Source: a virus (taxonomy: Duplodnaviria; Caudoviricetes). Taken from it: a stretch of DNA of 48,817 bases. Below are positions 8,228-18,143 of this stretch, one piece after another. The stretch lies in IMG/VR virus record IMGVR_UViG_3300048855_000177, positions 1 to 48,817 of that record. The stretch is one strand, 5' to 3'. A program made the position numbers and the translations under genes. The notes below the pieces were generated by a model. It saw only the letters and a program-made list of their open reading frames with translations. It ran no database searches and was not told the DNA's origin. Every line of letters begins with the position of its first letter. Position 1 is the stretch's first letter.

Positions 8228-9645
8228 GCAGTGCCTGGCTGACTTGAGTTTACGCGTATCTGAGATGAGGTGTTAGTCACAACGCTCATCATCGCGGCGT
8301 TCACGGTAACCGTAGAACCCAGTTCCATATTTCGGTTGCCAGAAGGGTTGGAGTTGGACACAACGTCATTTTGATCCGGAGACGACACCAAGAAGTTGGT
8401 GGCCGCAGTCGAGTTTGCACCGACAATATTGAAATTGACCTTGCACTTGACATTCGGAGGCGACGACATGGTCACCAGACTTGACGTGGTTCCAACCGTT
8501 GCGCCGCTGGCATCTGCAACGGATGCGGCCCAGACAAATTCATCGCCAGTTTGAGTAAACCTCGTCCACTGAGCAGAACCGTTTGTTCGCATCGAGCCGA
8601 TACGGCGGGCCAGCGTATAGTTTGTGGGCAGCGTCGGCGCCGTTGCGCTGAGAGAGATCAGCACATCAACCACCCCGGTATCGGGGCGCTTGATCAGATG
8701 GACGTGATACCAGGTATTGTTGGCAATGGTTCCGGTATCGATGCTGCCATTTCCAGAGCCTACTGCCCATGCTGACGTGGTCTTCGTATAGCCAGACGCC
8801 AGCGTCATGGCATCCACATTGGTGGAGTCCACAGCAACGCCAGAGGCGATGCCGAAAGTGCTGGACGATCCCGCAGTCGAAAGGGTAAGTCCGGCGAGAT
8901 AGCTGCGCATGATCGCTGGTATACCGGCGTTCGCACGCGCCTGCGCCTGCTGAGTTGCAGTCAGTGATTGAGCAGCGTCCGTGCGCACGAAGTCCGTATC
9001 GGCCCGCACCGCTGCGCTACCGAGATCGCCCCTGAATTTGAACGACTGATAGTTTGTCCCATCCGACCAGATCAACGCGCCTTGGTTTTGCGCAAGCACC
9101 AGCGTGGCCGCGCCGTCGATCGTTGATGTAGCAGGCGTGATCGTGACAGCGCCGGCGCCCTTGTTCTTGACCCACACAGCCCATCCGTCAAGGAACAGAT
9201 TTGAAACCGACGCCTGCGCCAGCGATACGACCACCGCGCTCGCGTTGCTGTAGGTGACCGCAAAGCCGAGATCCGAGTTGTTCAGCGTGTCCGACGTGCC
9301 GGTCACTGCGCGAGTGCCGCGCACGCCGTCCATGTCTTCTGCCGACTCGATAAAGCGAACCTGCGCAGTACCCGACAACGTGATGCGCGACGTGCCGAGC
9401 GTGCCAGCGATGCGCGAATAGAGAACCGTGGTGCGTGCCAGCGACGTCCCAGAAGCCGTGTAAGCGCCGCGACCGAGCTCGAAGTCGTTTCCGTCCACGA
9501 TGAGATAGGTGTAGACGCGGCCATCCATCGCGCCGGCTTCGGCCGGCGTCATGAAAAGATTGGAATACTTCGTACCGAGCGTAATCGGCGTCGAGTTTCC
9601 GGTCGCCGCGGTAAGCACGCGGACGAGATTAACTTTATGGGACAT
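8176..9645 (-). CDS. Tail fibre / receptor-binding protein
   Basis: Ser/Thr/Gly-rich, QSLTATQQAQARANAG fibre motif, last gene of the tail module. Confidence 0.75.
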   Translation of the reverse strand: MSHKVNLVRVLTAATGNSTPITLGTKYSNLFMTPAEAGAMDGRVYTYLIVDGNDFELGRGAYTASGTSLARTTVLYSRIAGTLGTSRITLSGTAQVRFIESAEDMDGVRGTRAVTGTSDTLNNSDLGFAVTYSNASAVVVSLAQASVSNLFLDGWAVWVKNKGAGAVTITPATSTIDGAATLVLAQNQGALIWSDGTNYQSFKFRGDLGSAAVRADTDFVRTDAAQSLTATQQAQARANAGIPAIMRSYLAGLTLSTAGSSSTFGIASGVAVDSTNVDAMTLASGYTKTTSAWAVGSGNGSIDTGTIANNTWYHVHLIKRPDTGVVDVLISLSATAPTLPTNYTLARRIGSMRTNGSAQWTRFTQTGDEFVWAASVADASGATVGTTSSLVTMSSPPNVKCKVNFNIVGANSTAATNFLVSSPDQNDVVSNSNPSGNRNMELGSTVTVNAAMMSVVTNTSSQIRVNSSQPGTAYFISTFGWIDRRGRDD

Positions 9646-9660
9646 GTGAATCCTTGATGG

Positions 9661-10464
9661 TTAGGATGCGATTGCGAACACGCGCACAGCCCGGCGCCGA
9701 GCGCCGATCTCTGGGCGGGCAGTTGTGACCGTGATGGTGCGGGTCGGCGGGAATTGCGATTTGCCTGCGAAGATTTCTGGCGGATTGACCCGCAAGATGA
9801 CAAGCGGGCCGCGCTTAACGATGCGCGTGGACTCGTCGCCTTCACCGATGGCGCCTTGGCCAATTGATCCGGACCCGATCTCGCCATAAGGCGTGATCAT
9901 GGTGACTGTGTTCGATGCTTCGATAAAATTTCCACCGAGGATCTGCGGCGACACAGGCGTGACGACGACATCTTGCGTCGCCGGGAACGCGTTGAAGCTG
10001 ATCGAGATTAGCGCAGTCGGTGCGGTGACCGTCACGCCAATCGCAGGAGCGAACTGCGACTTGCCAGCCGTGACGAATGGCTCGACCTGCGTTGCGGTGA
10101 CAGACTGAGCCGCAGGCGCCGTTATCAGCACACCCGCATCGAGGCGCGGCGCGACCACCGCGGCCGATACAGACGTGCCTGGCGCCGTAACAGTTGCACT
10201 GATCTGAACGCTGCCGGCCGTCGATGTGACCGCCACAGAGGCAACCGGGACCACGATGCGGACGCCCGCCAAAATGGCAGGGGCCGCAGTTGTGACTGCA
10301 ACGGCCTTCGCGACAGGAGCCAGCGCAGACCCGCCGCCCGACACCAGAGGATCTGCCTTGGTCACCGAAACAGCGAACGCCGCTGGCGTGAAGATCAGGG
10401 TATCCTGCTGGTCTCCAGATAATTCGCCAATGGCACCATTGCCGATCGGATCAAAGCCAATCAT
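9661..10464 (-). CDS. Repeat-containing tail/fibre structural protein
   Basis: V/T/A/P-rich ~22-aa repeats; tail module position. Confidence 0.65.
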   Translation of the reverse strand: MIGFDPIGNGAIGELSGDQQDTLIFTPAAFAVSVTKADPLVSGGGSALAPVAKAVAVTTAAPAILAGVRIVVPVASVAVTSTAGSVQISATVTAPGTSVSAAVVAPRLDAGVLITAPAAQSVTATQVEPFVTAGKSQFAPAIGVTVTAPTALISISFNAFPATQDVVVTPVSPQILGGNFIEASNTVTMITPYGEIGSGSIGQGAIGEGDESTRIVKRGPLVILRVNPPEIFAGKSQFPPTRTITVTTARPEIGARRRAVRVFAIAS

Positions 10465-10479
10465 TCAAGCGACTCCGAA

Positions 10480-10911
10480 TTAGTAGGAGAACTTGATGAG
10501 GCCGGAAGCGTCCCAGACGATCTTGAAATCGGTCGTCGAACCGGCGGATTGCGCGGCGCCGAAGTCGATGTAGATCAGCGGCTTGTTGCTCGTGCTGTCA
10601 TAGACCAGTGCGGCATAGGCCGGACCGATCGACCCGCCACTTGCCGTCTGGGACACGTCATCCGCGTCGAGCATGGCATCGTTGGTCGTCACCTGCGTGA
10701 CTGCGACGTTTGCCAGGGTGAGACCGCCCGATGTCCAGCCGTTGCCGGAAACCTCCTTGGCGCCGGATCCATCCACCGAAGCCACCGTTGTCTGCGATGC
10801 TGTGAAGGTCGCGGTCGCATCGAGCAACTTCACCTTCAACGTGGTGAGGGTGACTTCCTTGTTGACCAGCAGTTTGACTGTGTGGTCGTAGAGAGACATC
10901 GTGACGGCCAT
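10480..10911 (-). CDS. Phage virion structural protein (143 aa)
   Basis: KEVSGNGWTSGGLTL...DADDVS...LIYIDFG motif typical of siphovirus tail-associated proteins. Confidence 0.7.
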   Translation of the reverse strand: MAVTMSLYDHTVKLLVNKEVTLTTLKVKLLDATATFTASQTTVASVDGSGAKEVSGNGWTSGGLTLANVAVTQVTTNDAMLDADDVSQTASGGSIGPAYAALVYDSTSNKPLIYIDFGAAQSAGSTTDFKIVWDASGLIKFSY

Positions 10912-10963
10912 AGGGGTTCCTTCCCGGAATCAAGGTGGGGCTGCGAGATTTGGTGAGGGGCGG

Positions 10964-11752
10964 TTAGCGGTAGCCGATAAACGTCGCGGCGATGCCTGAC
11001 AGGGTCGCGTCGCGGGGGGCGGGGGCAATGACACGCAAGACGTCACCCGATCCGAACGTTGTGGCGGTCGGGCAAGCAATGACGCCATCGTCACTTCCGG
11101 CTCCGAACGTGAGCGTAGCGAACTGCGTGCTGTTCTTTTTGAGGATGAATACGGCCTCTGCCGTCGCGGCGACCTTGGCGCCGGCCTGACTGTCCACCAT
11201 CCCGACACGGAAGGTGACGCCGAGAGGAAACTGCGTCAGGATTTCATCGCCGGAGAGCGGCTGGCCGGGATCGTCAAAGCCAACATCGTAACGGCTGAAA
11301 ATCGCCGCTTGAATGCCGAGCGATACCCACAGCCCGCCTGTCTTGACCCACTTGGCGCCGGTTGATGGTTGATAGCCGTATTGCCCCTCGTCGCCGCGCG
11401 ACGGGTCCGGCTCGCTCTCGTCGGGCCCGACGAACCAGATGAAGCCTTCCTTATTCAGCGCTGCGACGAGCGTGCCGACATCTTGGGCGATGGCACTGCT
11501 GTCATCCCGTGCGGAATAGTTCTGATAGAGGGCATAGGCGACATTGGTCTTATCGCCACCCTGCCACGGCGGGATCGTGATGTGCTCGGTATCGACGACA
11601 GCGAGAACCATCGTCATCGCTTCGCCGTCGATGACGATCCAGTCACCTTCCTTCACGGTGCCGTTCGACCAGATTGCCGTTCCGCCATTGAACACATCGG
11701 TGCCGTCTGCGGCGACTGAAACCGTGCCGGTATTGTAGACTGGAATGGCCAT
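10964..11752 (-). CDS. Tail-associated protein
   Basis: YNTGTVSVAADGTDV fibre-like N-terminus; tail module. Confidence 0.65.
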   Translation of the reverse strand: MAIPVYNTGTVSVAADGTDVFNGGTAIWSNGTVKEGDWIVIDGEAMTMVLAVVDTEHITIPPWQGGDKTNVAYALYQNYSARDDSSAIAQDVGTLVAALNKEGFIWFVGPDESEPDPSRGDEGQYGYQPSTGAKWVKTGGLWVSLGIQAAIFSRYDVGFDDPGQPLSGDEILTQFPLGVTFRVGMVDSQAGAKVAATAEAVFILKKNSTQFATLTFGAGSDDGVIACPTATTFGSGDVLRVIAPAPRDATLSGIAATFIGYR

Positions 11753-11755
11753 TGA

Positions 11756-12082
11756 TTATCCCTGCGGGAGTTGGTCGGGGTGCGTAGCCGCCTCGATGGC
11801 CAGCAATTCAGTTTGACGCGCCAGCTCGCGCTGTGCGGTCGCATTGGGTCGAGACACAATGTCCTGCGCGAGAGCGAGTGGCGTGACGTTGCGCAGCATG
11901 GCCTCTTCTGCGAATTCAGAGGGGACGAAGCCGCCTTCAATGATCTGCGCCGCTAGAATGCGTTTCAAAAAGTGAGCCTGATCCCGATGGCCATTTTGAC
12001 CCGCGAGGTAATTGTATCGCTCGTTGACCTTGGCGACGGCGGCGGCGCGCAGCGCAGGCATCGGATCTGCGACAATCCTCAT
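11756..12082 (-). CDS. Tail-fibre assembly-like protein
   Basis: MRIVADPMPALRAAAVAKVN..., ATGA overlap with upstream gene. Confidence 0.55.
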   Translation of the reverse strand: MRIVADPMPALRAAAVAKVNERYNYLAGQNGHRDQAHFLKRILAAQIIEGGFVPSEFAEEAMLRNVTPLALAQDIVSRPNATAQRELARQTELLAIEAATHPDQLPQG

Positions 12083-12522
12083 GCGTGCACCTCGATCGTC
12101 GCCGTGAAGGTCCGGTATGGCCACTTGTCGAGAATGACCTTGCAGGTGCACGGCACGGGCACGGAGAGATCGATTTCGGTGCCGTCTGAATCAAGCTTCC
12201 CGGAGAGATATTCCGTCGCGCCAGCCATGATGCGGAAACGGGCCCCCTCCGGGATACCCGTGAGACGAACGAAATCGTCCGTGCCGGCGCGCATATGGCG
12301 CTTAGACTGATCGACCCTCATTCGAGGGCGCTTGACCAATCCTTCAGCCTTCACATTTACGAACCAATTATCCGGCGAGAGAACATAAGGCGTGGCCTCC
12401 TTGGCAAATTTCTGCCCAGCATCACGCAGCCCCGTCTCAAACTTCTTATCGGCATCTGACGCGTGCCAGACTTTGTTGGACTGGATGATGCGACCGTCAG
12501 GCGCATAGATCGCGTAGAGCAT
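12079..12522 (-). CDS. Phage tail-region hypothetical protein
   Basis: Tightly packed ORF in the tail operon. Confidence 0.65.
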   Translation of the reverse strand: MLYAIYAPDGRIIQSNKVWHASDADKKFETGLRDAGQKFAKEATPYVLSPDNWFVNVKAEGLVKRPRMRVDQSKRHMRAGTDDFVRLTGIPEGARFRIMAGATEYLSGKLDSDGTEIDLSVPVPCTCKVILDKWPYRTFTATIEVHA

Positions 12523-12525
12523 CGG

Positions 12526-12954
12526 TCACCCGTAGTTGCGGAAAATGCAGTAGTTCACGTAGCTTGTCGTCTCGACATTGTTCGACTGCTGTTGCCAAGC
12601 CACAAACTGACCGCTGGGCGTCATAAGACCGCCGTGGCCCCCTGCGGTGCCAATGTTCCTGAACGACGTGAGCAGCGGAGGGCCGGCCGCTTGCCGGCCC
12701 ATCACCATGAAGATTGGAAACGTTCCGCCTGGTGTCGCGAAGCCGCCGGGGCCTGCGACTGGGTAAGGGATTGGCACGGCGCCCGGGGCGGCCGGCTTGG
12801 ATGCCTCAACGTATCCTGTGCTCCAAACGCGAAGAGTCGGCGTGTTGGCATTGAAGACTTGGTTTAGATAGTTCGCCCCGCTCACATCGACCGACGCAAC
12901 GGAGACGATCAGCGGCGACCCAAGGCCGGGCCCGAGATGAAGCCGCTGAACCAT
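12526..12954 (-). CDS. Small tail-tip protein (paralogue 3)
   Basis: MVQRLHLG...SVASVDV N-terminus resembles the two upstream genes. Confidence 0.6.
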   Translation of the reverse strand: MVQRLHLGPGLGSPLIVSVASVDVSGANYLNQVFNANTPTLRVWSTGYVEASKPAAPGAVPIPYPVAGPGGFATPGGTFPIFMVMGRQAAGPPLLTSFRNIGTAGGHGGLMTPSGQFVAWQQQSNNVETTSYVNYCIFRNYG

Positions 12955-13343
12955 CAAAACTGCCTATTGTAGACGGCGTAAATTGTCCGGGCGCCACACG
13001 TCACAAACATAGACGATCCGTCACTCGCGATATCAGTGGCAGCGCCATTGTCGCTGCCATACAGAGGCGCTGGTCGAGCGACGCCCGAGACGCCCGGATA
13101 GCCCGGCAGTTCTCCGCCCTGGTTTCCCGTGCCGAAAATCAGAACAACAGGCCGAACCGAGAGTCCGAGGTAAACCGAACCGGAGGATCCGAGCACGCCA
13201 AGCTGGAGCAACTGAGTGACACGGTTCGATGCGCTCAAGTTCAACTGATCGTCTGGAGCTGTGAATGCGTCCACCCCCGGCGGAGCGCAGAACAGCCCGA
13301 AATCGCCATTCGCGCGCTGGCCGACCACGACACGCCGCGTCAT
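12954..13343 (-). CDS. Small tail-tip protein (paralogue 2)
   Basis: MTRRVVVGQRANGDFGLFCAPPGVDA. Confidence 0.65.
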   Translation of the reverse strand: MTRRVVVGQRANGDFGLFCAPPGVDAFTAPDDQLNLSASNRVTQLLQLGVLGSSGSVYLGLSVRPVVLIFGTGNQGGELPGYPGVSGVARPAPLYGSDNGAATDIASDGSSMFVTCGARTIYAVYNRQF

Positions 13344-13750
13344 CCTGTCGGCACCGGAATCTTGTATGCGACATAGATATAGTCGAACGTGTCCTTCATG
13401 CCGACATACGATCGACCGCTTGTCGGGCGAAGCCCATCCGATTGAGACTCCGAAGCAGACCCGATGTCGGCGCCATTGAAGCTGTCATCGTAGATACGGC
13501 CACCTTCGATGAGGCGAACCTCAATGAACGGCTTGTATCCGAGATCAGGCCAGAACACCTTCGGGTTCGACGAATTGCTGCTTGCGACCCCGCTCTGGTG
13601 CACCTTGGCGATATCCGTCCAATTGCTGTTGAACGTAAGCTGATTTCCGTCCAGCGGATCGGTAACTGTCATCACGTCCACGCCTAGCGGCGCGCACCAC
13701 ATGCCGTTGCTACCATCTGGCAATTGACCGATTGCGACGCGACGTGACAC
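13340..13750 (-). CDS. Small tail-tip protein (paralogue 1)
   Basis: MSRRVAIGQLPDGSNGMWCAPLGVDV. Confidence 0.65.
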   Translation of the reverse strand: MSRRVAIGQLPDGSNGMWCAPLGVDVMTVTDPLDGNQLTFNSNWTDIAKVHQSGVASSNSSNPKVFWPDLGYKPFIEVRLIEGGRIYDDSFNGADIGSASESQSDGLRPTSGRSYVGMKDTFDYIYVAYKIPVPTG

Positions 13751-13753
13751 GGA

Positions 13754-16345
13754 TCAATCCGAAATAATGAGCGTGCGGGCGCCGAGATCAATCACAAAGC
13801 GGTTGTCCGTGCTACGGAGAACGCCGGCCGTTATGTCGCCAATGTTCGCTGTGATCGCGCTCAATTGCGCGACGTTGATCTTGCCGGCCGTGATCGAACC
13901 ATCAAAGAATGTGTCTGCACGGATGCCGACCTTTGGCACGCCACCGACGTTGGCAACCTGGAAAATGGGGACCGCAGCACCGCCCGTAACACCGGGCGCT
14001 GCGATCTGGAAATTGCTGGTGACGAACGTGGTAGAATCCGCCCCGGGACCTCCGTTGATTAGATTGTAGCCGATCCAATACCCATTAACGTCCAGCTTCA
14101 CGCCGTACTGAGACGCCGCATAACCATCTAGGGTGGCCACGGCTGACGAAACGGTGCTGACGCTAGAGAAATCTGGGCCGAACGTTGCCGACACTTCAGT
14201 TGAGAACTCTGCGAAAGCCAACTCATTGTCGGCTACAACCGTGCTCAATTCTTCAATGAGCGCCTTGGCGTTTCCGGCCGTGGCGAACAGCTGCCCGCGA
14301 ACTTCCTTCTTGTTGATGTCCGTCCGCGCCGCGATTTGCTGGACGACAACGGCAAGTTTATCGACCGTCGTTCTCAGCTCGGCGGCGTTGTTGTTGAAGA
14401 TTTCCGTGACTTGCTTTTTCAGAGCAGCGTTGAAATCCGCAATGCTCACCGACACGTCTGGCGTCGTCACTGCCAGCCAATCCGACCAGAGCATGTCGCG
14501 CGGCGCGCTCGGGATGTATTGGCCACGGACGCCATAAAGCGTCTTTGGCAGTAGCGACTGCGAGATGATCAACGCGCCGACGGCCAGCTGGTCAGTGCGG
14601 CCGCGCGTGACGATCTCGTATTCGGCCTCTACTGAATCATAGCGCCGGACCTCGTACTGAACACCAGACACGCCGGGCAGAGAACCGTCCCACGACAGCC
14701 GGATAGCCGGCCGGCGCTCAAGGCCATCCGAGTCCTTCAGGACGTAGGCTTCGGCAAACCAGTCGATGATGCCCTGCGGCTCGGGTCGAGGGAACGCGGT
14801 CGGGCCGCTGTAGCCAGGCGTATAATCTTCATCCGGATCCCAGCTGTAATCGGCGGGATCGACTTCGGTCAGATTTATGCTGACGTCGAGGTTCGGCTCA
14901 TCGACGACACCATCAACGCGGAAGAGCTTTCCGTCATAGCCATTGTGAACGGAGGTCCACTCGCCGACATCTCCCGGCTCCACCAGCCAGAACGCCGGCG
15001 GCATGACCATGGCGTGCCGGCGCGCGCGCTGCGCTTCGTCCAGCGCCGATTTCATCAGTTGTTGGACCTGCTCCGGATCGGAGACCGCATCAAAAGACGG
15101 GTTGGCCAGCAGCCGGCGACCACCATCCCTCGCCTCCAGATCAGTCCGATACAGTGGCGGCGCGGCCTTCATATTCCAGCCTTCGGCCGGGTTCGGATAG
15201 GTGGCCGTTATGCCATTGATGCTGTCCGAGAGCGGGAAGAACGGAGCGAAGTTCTGCCCTTGCGTCGAGAGAATATCGTCGTCCGTGAAGGCGAAGGTCG
15301 GGCTACCCGGCGCCCCGAGATGGACCTTGTAGAAACCTCCGATTTCAGAGACGCGACCCTGGCACGCTGTGAGCAGCGTTTCGATCGCGTTCGCTGGCTG
15401 TGTGTTGACGTTGATCTGCAAGCCAGAGCGGTAGGTTGGCCGCGTCCCGCCAGCGGCCGTCCCGATTGCATCGCGGCATTTGGCGATCTGCGAAATCCAG
15501 TTCACCGTCGGCAGCCGAGCCGCCGTCATGCTCTGGAGACCGTAGATCCATTTGCTGTCGTAGCTGATGCCACGAAGGATATTATAGATCTGCACGGCTG
15601 GCAGATGGTCGCCGTCACCGCCCCAGGTCGATGGATCGGACCAGCGATGCGAACCCGAACCGCCAACGGTTGTGTCCTTGGTCGGGTCGTAAAGCGGCAG
15701 GCCGGTCAGCGCGAATTTATAGGTTGGGAAGCCGGAGAACAGCGTGTCCTCGACCAGCGCCGTGCAGATGACATAGGCAATCCCGTAACCCACGCGGGTT
15801 GATAGCCACGGCCGATCTGCCGTCGCCACCTTGGTCTGCACAAAGGCGTCGGCGGCAGTCTGTGTCCCGTTGTAATATTTGACCCAGAGGTGGTCTACGC
15901 CGTCCTTGCGATATTGCAGGATCGGCGACCCCATCTCGGTGACGGCGCCGGTGTCAACCGAGCAGAGCTCGCCATTGACCCAGACCTCGGCGACGCCGCC
16001 GCCCGGCAGATCGGACAGGGCGATCACCTGCGTGAAGTAAGCATTCGGCGTTTCGCCCGCCTGCCCCCAGGTGTTGGCATAGACCAGCGACCCGGCGGTC
16101 ATGCTGTAGCCAAGATTGAACGACCGCGGAACGTCGCCGCCGGCCTGCAGGGTGCCCTGGACAGAGAAGCCGTCGGCCTTTGCTGCGGCCGGCTCTTCCT
16201 TGTTGCCAGCAAGAGCAGCAGCCGCGTAATTCAGACCGATCGCGGCAGCAGCCTGCAGGCCAAACGCAAGCGCACCGACGGCGAAAGTGCCGGCGAGCGC
16301 CGTCCCCGCGAGAAGCGCGGTTGCTGCAGCTGTGAAAATTGGCAT
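13754..16345 (-). CDS. Central tail tip / host-specificity protein (gpJ-like)
   Basis: 863 aa; tail-hub region, coiled coil, C-terminal YGVKLDVNGY...DGSITAGKINVAQLSAITANIG (DUF1983-like). Confidence 0.85.
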   Translation of the reverse strand: MPIFTAAATALLAGTALAGTFAVGALAFGLQAAAAIGLNYAAAALAGNKEEPAAAKADGFSVQGTLQAGGDVPRSFNLGYSMTAGSLVYANTWGQAGETPNAYFTQVIALSDLPGGGVAEVWVNGELCSVDTGAVTEMGSPILQYRKDGVDHLWVKYYNGTQTAADAFVQTKVATADRPWLSTRVGYGIAYVICTALVEDTLFSGFPTYKFALTGLPLYDPTKDTTVGGSGSHRWSDPSTWGGDGDHLPAVQIYNILRGISYDSKWIYGLQSMTAARLPTVNWISQIAKCRDAIGTAAGGTRPTYRSGLQINVNTQPANAIETLLTACQGRVSEIGGFYKVHLGAPGSPTFAFTDDDILSTQGQNFAPFFPLSDSINGITATYPNPAEGWNMKAAPPLYRTDLEARDGGRRLLANPSFDAVSDPEQVQQLMKSALDEAQRARRHAMVMPPAFWLVEPGDVGEWTSVHNGYDGKLFRVDGVVDEPNLDVSINLTEVDPADYSWDPDEDYTPGYSGPTAFPRPEPQGIIDWFAEAYVLKDSDGLERRPAIRLSWDGSLPGVSGVQYEVRRYDSVEAEYEIVTRGRTDQLAVGALIISQSLLPKTLYGVRGQYIPSAPRDMLWSDWLAVTTPDVSVSIADFNAALKKQVTEIFNNNAAELRTTVDKLAVVVQQIAARTDINKKEVRGQLFATAGNAKALIEELSTVVADNELAFAEFSTEVSATFGPDFSSVSTVSSAVATLDGYAASQYGVKLDVNGYWIGYNLINGGPGADSTTFVTSNFQIAAPGVTGGAAVPIFQVANVGGVPKVGIRADTFFDGSITAGKINVAQLSAITANIGDITAGVLRSTDNRFVIDLGARTLIISD

Positions 16346-16348
16346 TGA

Positions 16349-16813
16349 TCAGAGCGCTTTCAGATAATGCAGTTCGGCGGGCTTGTAGCCCCGACGCTGG
16401 TAGAGAACGCCGACATCCGGCGCGCTGCCCATGCCAGCAACGCCGGCGAAGGCGCAGCCCTGATCTCGAGCCCAGGCTTCGAGCCCGTCCAGCATCCGTA
16501 TGGCGGCCGATCCGCCCCGGTGCGCGGGGTCAATCCACCACATGTTCTCTTTCGCCACGCGAACGGGCCCATAGGGGTGATCGAAGGCATGCGCCAGCAG
16601 GACGCCCTGAGCGACGCCGTCGACATCAAGCACGAGACATAGACCCGCTGGGGCGGTGAAGTGCATCATGAATAGCCGCTCGGCATGAGCCGCATCGAAC
16701 GGGAAGACGAACCCGGAAATGCCATCTGCCCGGTCGAAGCCAGCGCCCACCCGGGAATCCCGCAACAACTGGATCACGCGCTCTTTGTCGGACAGCGCGG
16801 CACGCCTAATCAC
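16349..16813 (-). CDS. GNAT-family N-acetyltransferase
   Basis: WWIDPAHRGG acetyl-CoA motif, LEAWARDQG, LYQRRGY; GTG start overlapping upstream stop. Confidence 0.8.
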   Translation of the reverse strand: MIRRAALSDKERVIQLLRDSRVGAGFDRADGISGFVFPFDAAHAERLFMMHFTAPAGLCLVLDVDGVAQGVLLAHAFDHPYGPVRVAKENMWWIDPAHRGGSAAIRMLDGLEAWARDQGCAFAGVAGMGSAPDVGVLYQRRGYKPAELHYLKAL

Positions 16814-17499
16814 TTGAGCACCTGCCGCAGCGCATCGCCGAAGTTTATGCCTGGCGCAGCGGCGCCCGATTGAGCCGTTCCGCTCGCCCTGCCCCAAAAG
16901 AAATTCCACCCACCAACAACCGTCGTGTCGGCATAGAAGTCGTCACCGGGCGCCCTCGCCTGCTGCGAGGCATCAGATCGCGTCTCTGTGTTGGCCCGCG
17001 TCAGCTCCTGCGTGTGCGAGTTGCAGGTGATGACGACAGACCCCTGGCCGCCCTCTTCAGGAGTCTTGATGTCGATATTGTCGATCTCGCCGACAAAGCG
17101 CGACACGGCAGGCGCGACGAGCTGACGCGTCTCTGGGTCGAAAAGCCCGCGGAAGATCTGGACGATGCCACGTTTGCACTCATGCGTACGCACCAAGTCG
17201 TTCACGCGATCGGCGACCTGCGACAAGGTGATGGTCGCATTCTGGACCGTGAGGTTCGACATCAGCGCGATCGCCGAGACCGAGATCAATCCGCCCGCCC
17301 CGAAGAACTGGCGATTTGTCGATCCGCCGGTGTTGGGATCGATCACTGCAGCCGTGATGGTCCCCACGTCCGACCAATAGCCATCATAGACCGCGTCGCC
17401 GCTGTCCCGGTCCTTCACCTGAAACCAGATGAAATCGCGAGCCAGTAGGCGCCCCTGTTGGAGCGCCGTATAGTTTTCCGCCGAAAGCGATCTCGTCAC
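16810..17499 (-). CDS. Minor tail / baseplate hub-like protein
   Basis: Follows distal tail gene; RSDASQQARAPGDDFY motif. Confidence 0.7.
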   Translation of the reverse strand: MTRSLSAENYTALQQGRLLARDFIWFQVKDRDSGDAVYDGYWSDVGTITAAVIDPNTGGSTNRQFFGAGGLISVSAIALMSNLTVQNATITLSQVADRVNDLVRTHECKRGIVQIFRGLFDPETRQLVAPAVSRFVGEIDNIDIKTPEEGGQGSVVITCNSHTQELTRANTETRSDASQQARAPGDDFYADTTVVGGWNFFWGRASGTAQSGAAAPGINFGDALRQVLK

Positions 17500-18143
17500 A
17501 GCCGAGCCTCGATCGCTTGAAACGCCACGCTGCCCCAGCCATTCAGGCCAGCATCAGCCGAGACCGAACCTGGAACGATCGCCATGAGACAGGCCGGCCG
17601 ATAGACCGATACGACCGGCGCCGGACTGCCGATCGCCACATCCGGCCAAAGGTGCGGACGAATCTCGAACTCAGGTGTGAGCCCACCGGATGCGGCTGTG
17701 GCTGGCTCCATGGCCTGGTGCAGATCGCCAGCGATCGACAGGAAGTCACCGACCGAGAACTTGAAGCCAACCGGAAGATCATCGACCCGAACGGCTTTGC
17801 GGTTCGAATTGATCGCCGACAAGGAGGCCGAGACGCCGTCGAAGCTGCCGCCAGTCGGCCACGAGCCTCGTGGATGCGCGACGGGATAGGTGCGCGACAG
17901 TGGATAGCCCCAGAACGTCTTGAGGCCATTCTCCAGCGCTGCAAGCCGCGCGCGCCAATAGTCCAATTCGTTCGGCCGCAGCACCTTGGTCTGGGCCGCC
18001 ATCTGCCAGAGCGGCGATCCCATGTCCTTGACGATCGTCCGGCCGCCCGCGGTGCGGGACTGCTCCTGACGATACAGCAGATCGAATTTCGTGACCCACC
18101 CTGGGAAGTCAGGCAGCAGATCAAACGGTTCTGTGAGTGCCAT
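17496..18143 (-). CDS. Distal tail protein (Dit-like)
   Basis: Immediately after tape measure; QEQSRTAGGRTIVKDMGSPLW. Confidence 0.7.
   Translation of the reverse strand: MALTEPFDLLPDFPGWVTKFDLLYRQEQSRTAGGRTIVKDMGSPLWQMAAQTKVLRPNELDYWRARLAALENGLKTFWGYPLSRTYPVAHPRGSWPTGGSFDGVSASLSAINSNRKAVRVDDLPVGFKFSVGDFLSIAGDLHQAMEPATAASGGLTPEFEIRPHLWPDVAIGSPAPVVSVYRPACLMAIVPGSVSADAGLNGWGSVAFQAIEARL

Noticed and set aside
8176-16345. Diversity-generating retroelement or invertible tail-fibre cassette
   Set aside because: No reverse transcriptase, invertase or template/variable repeat pair seen
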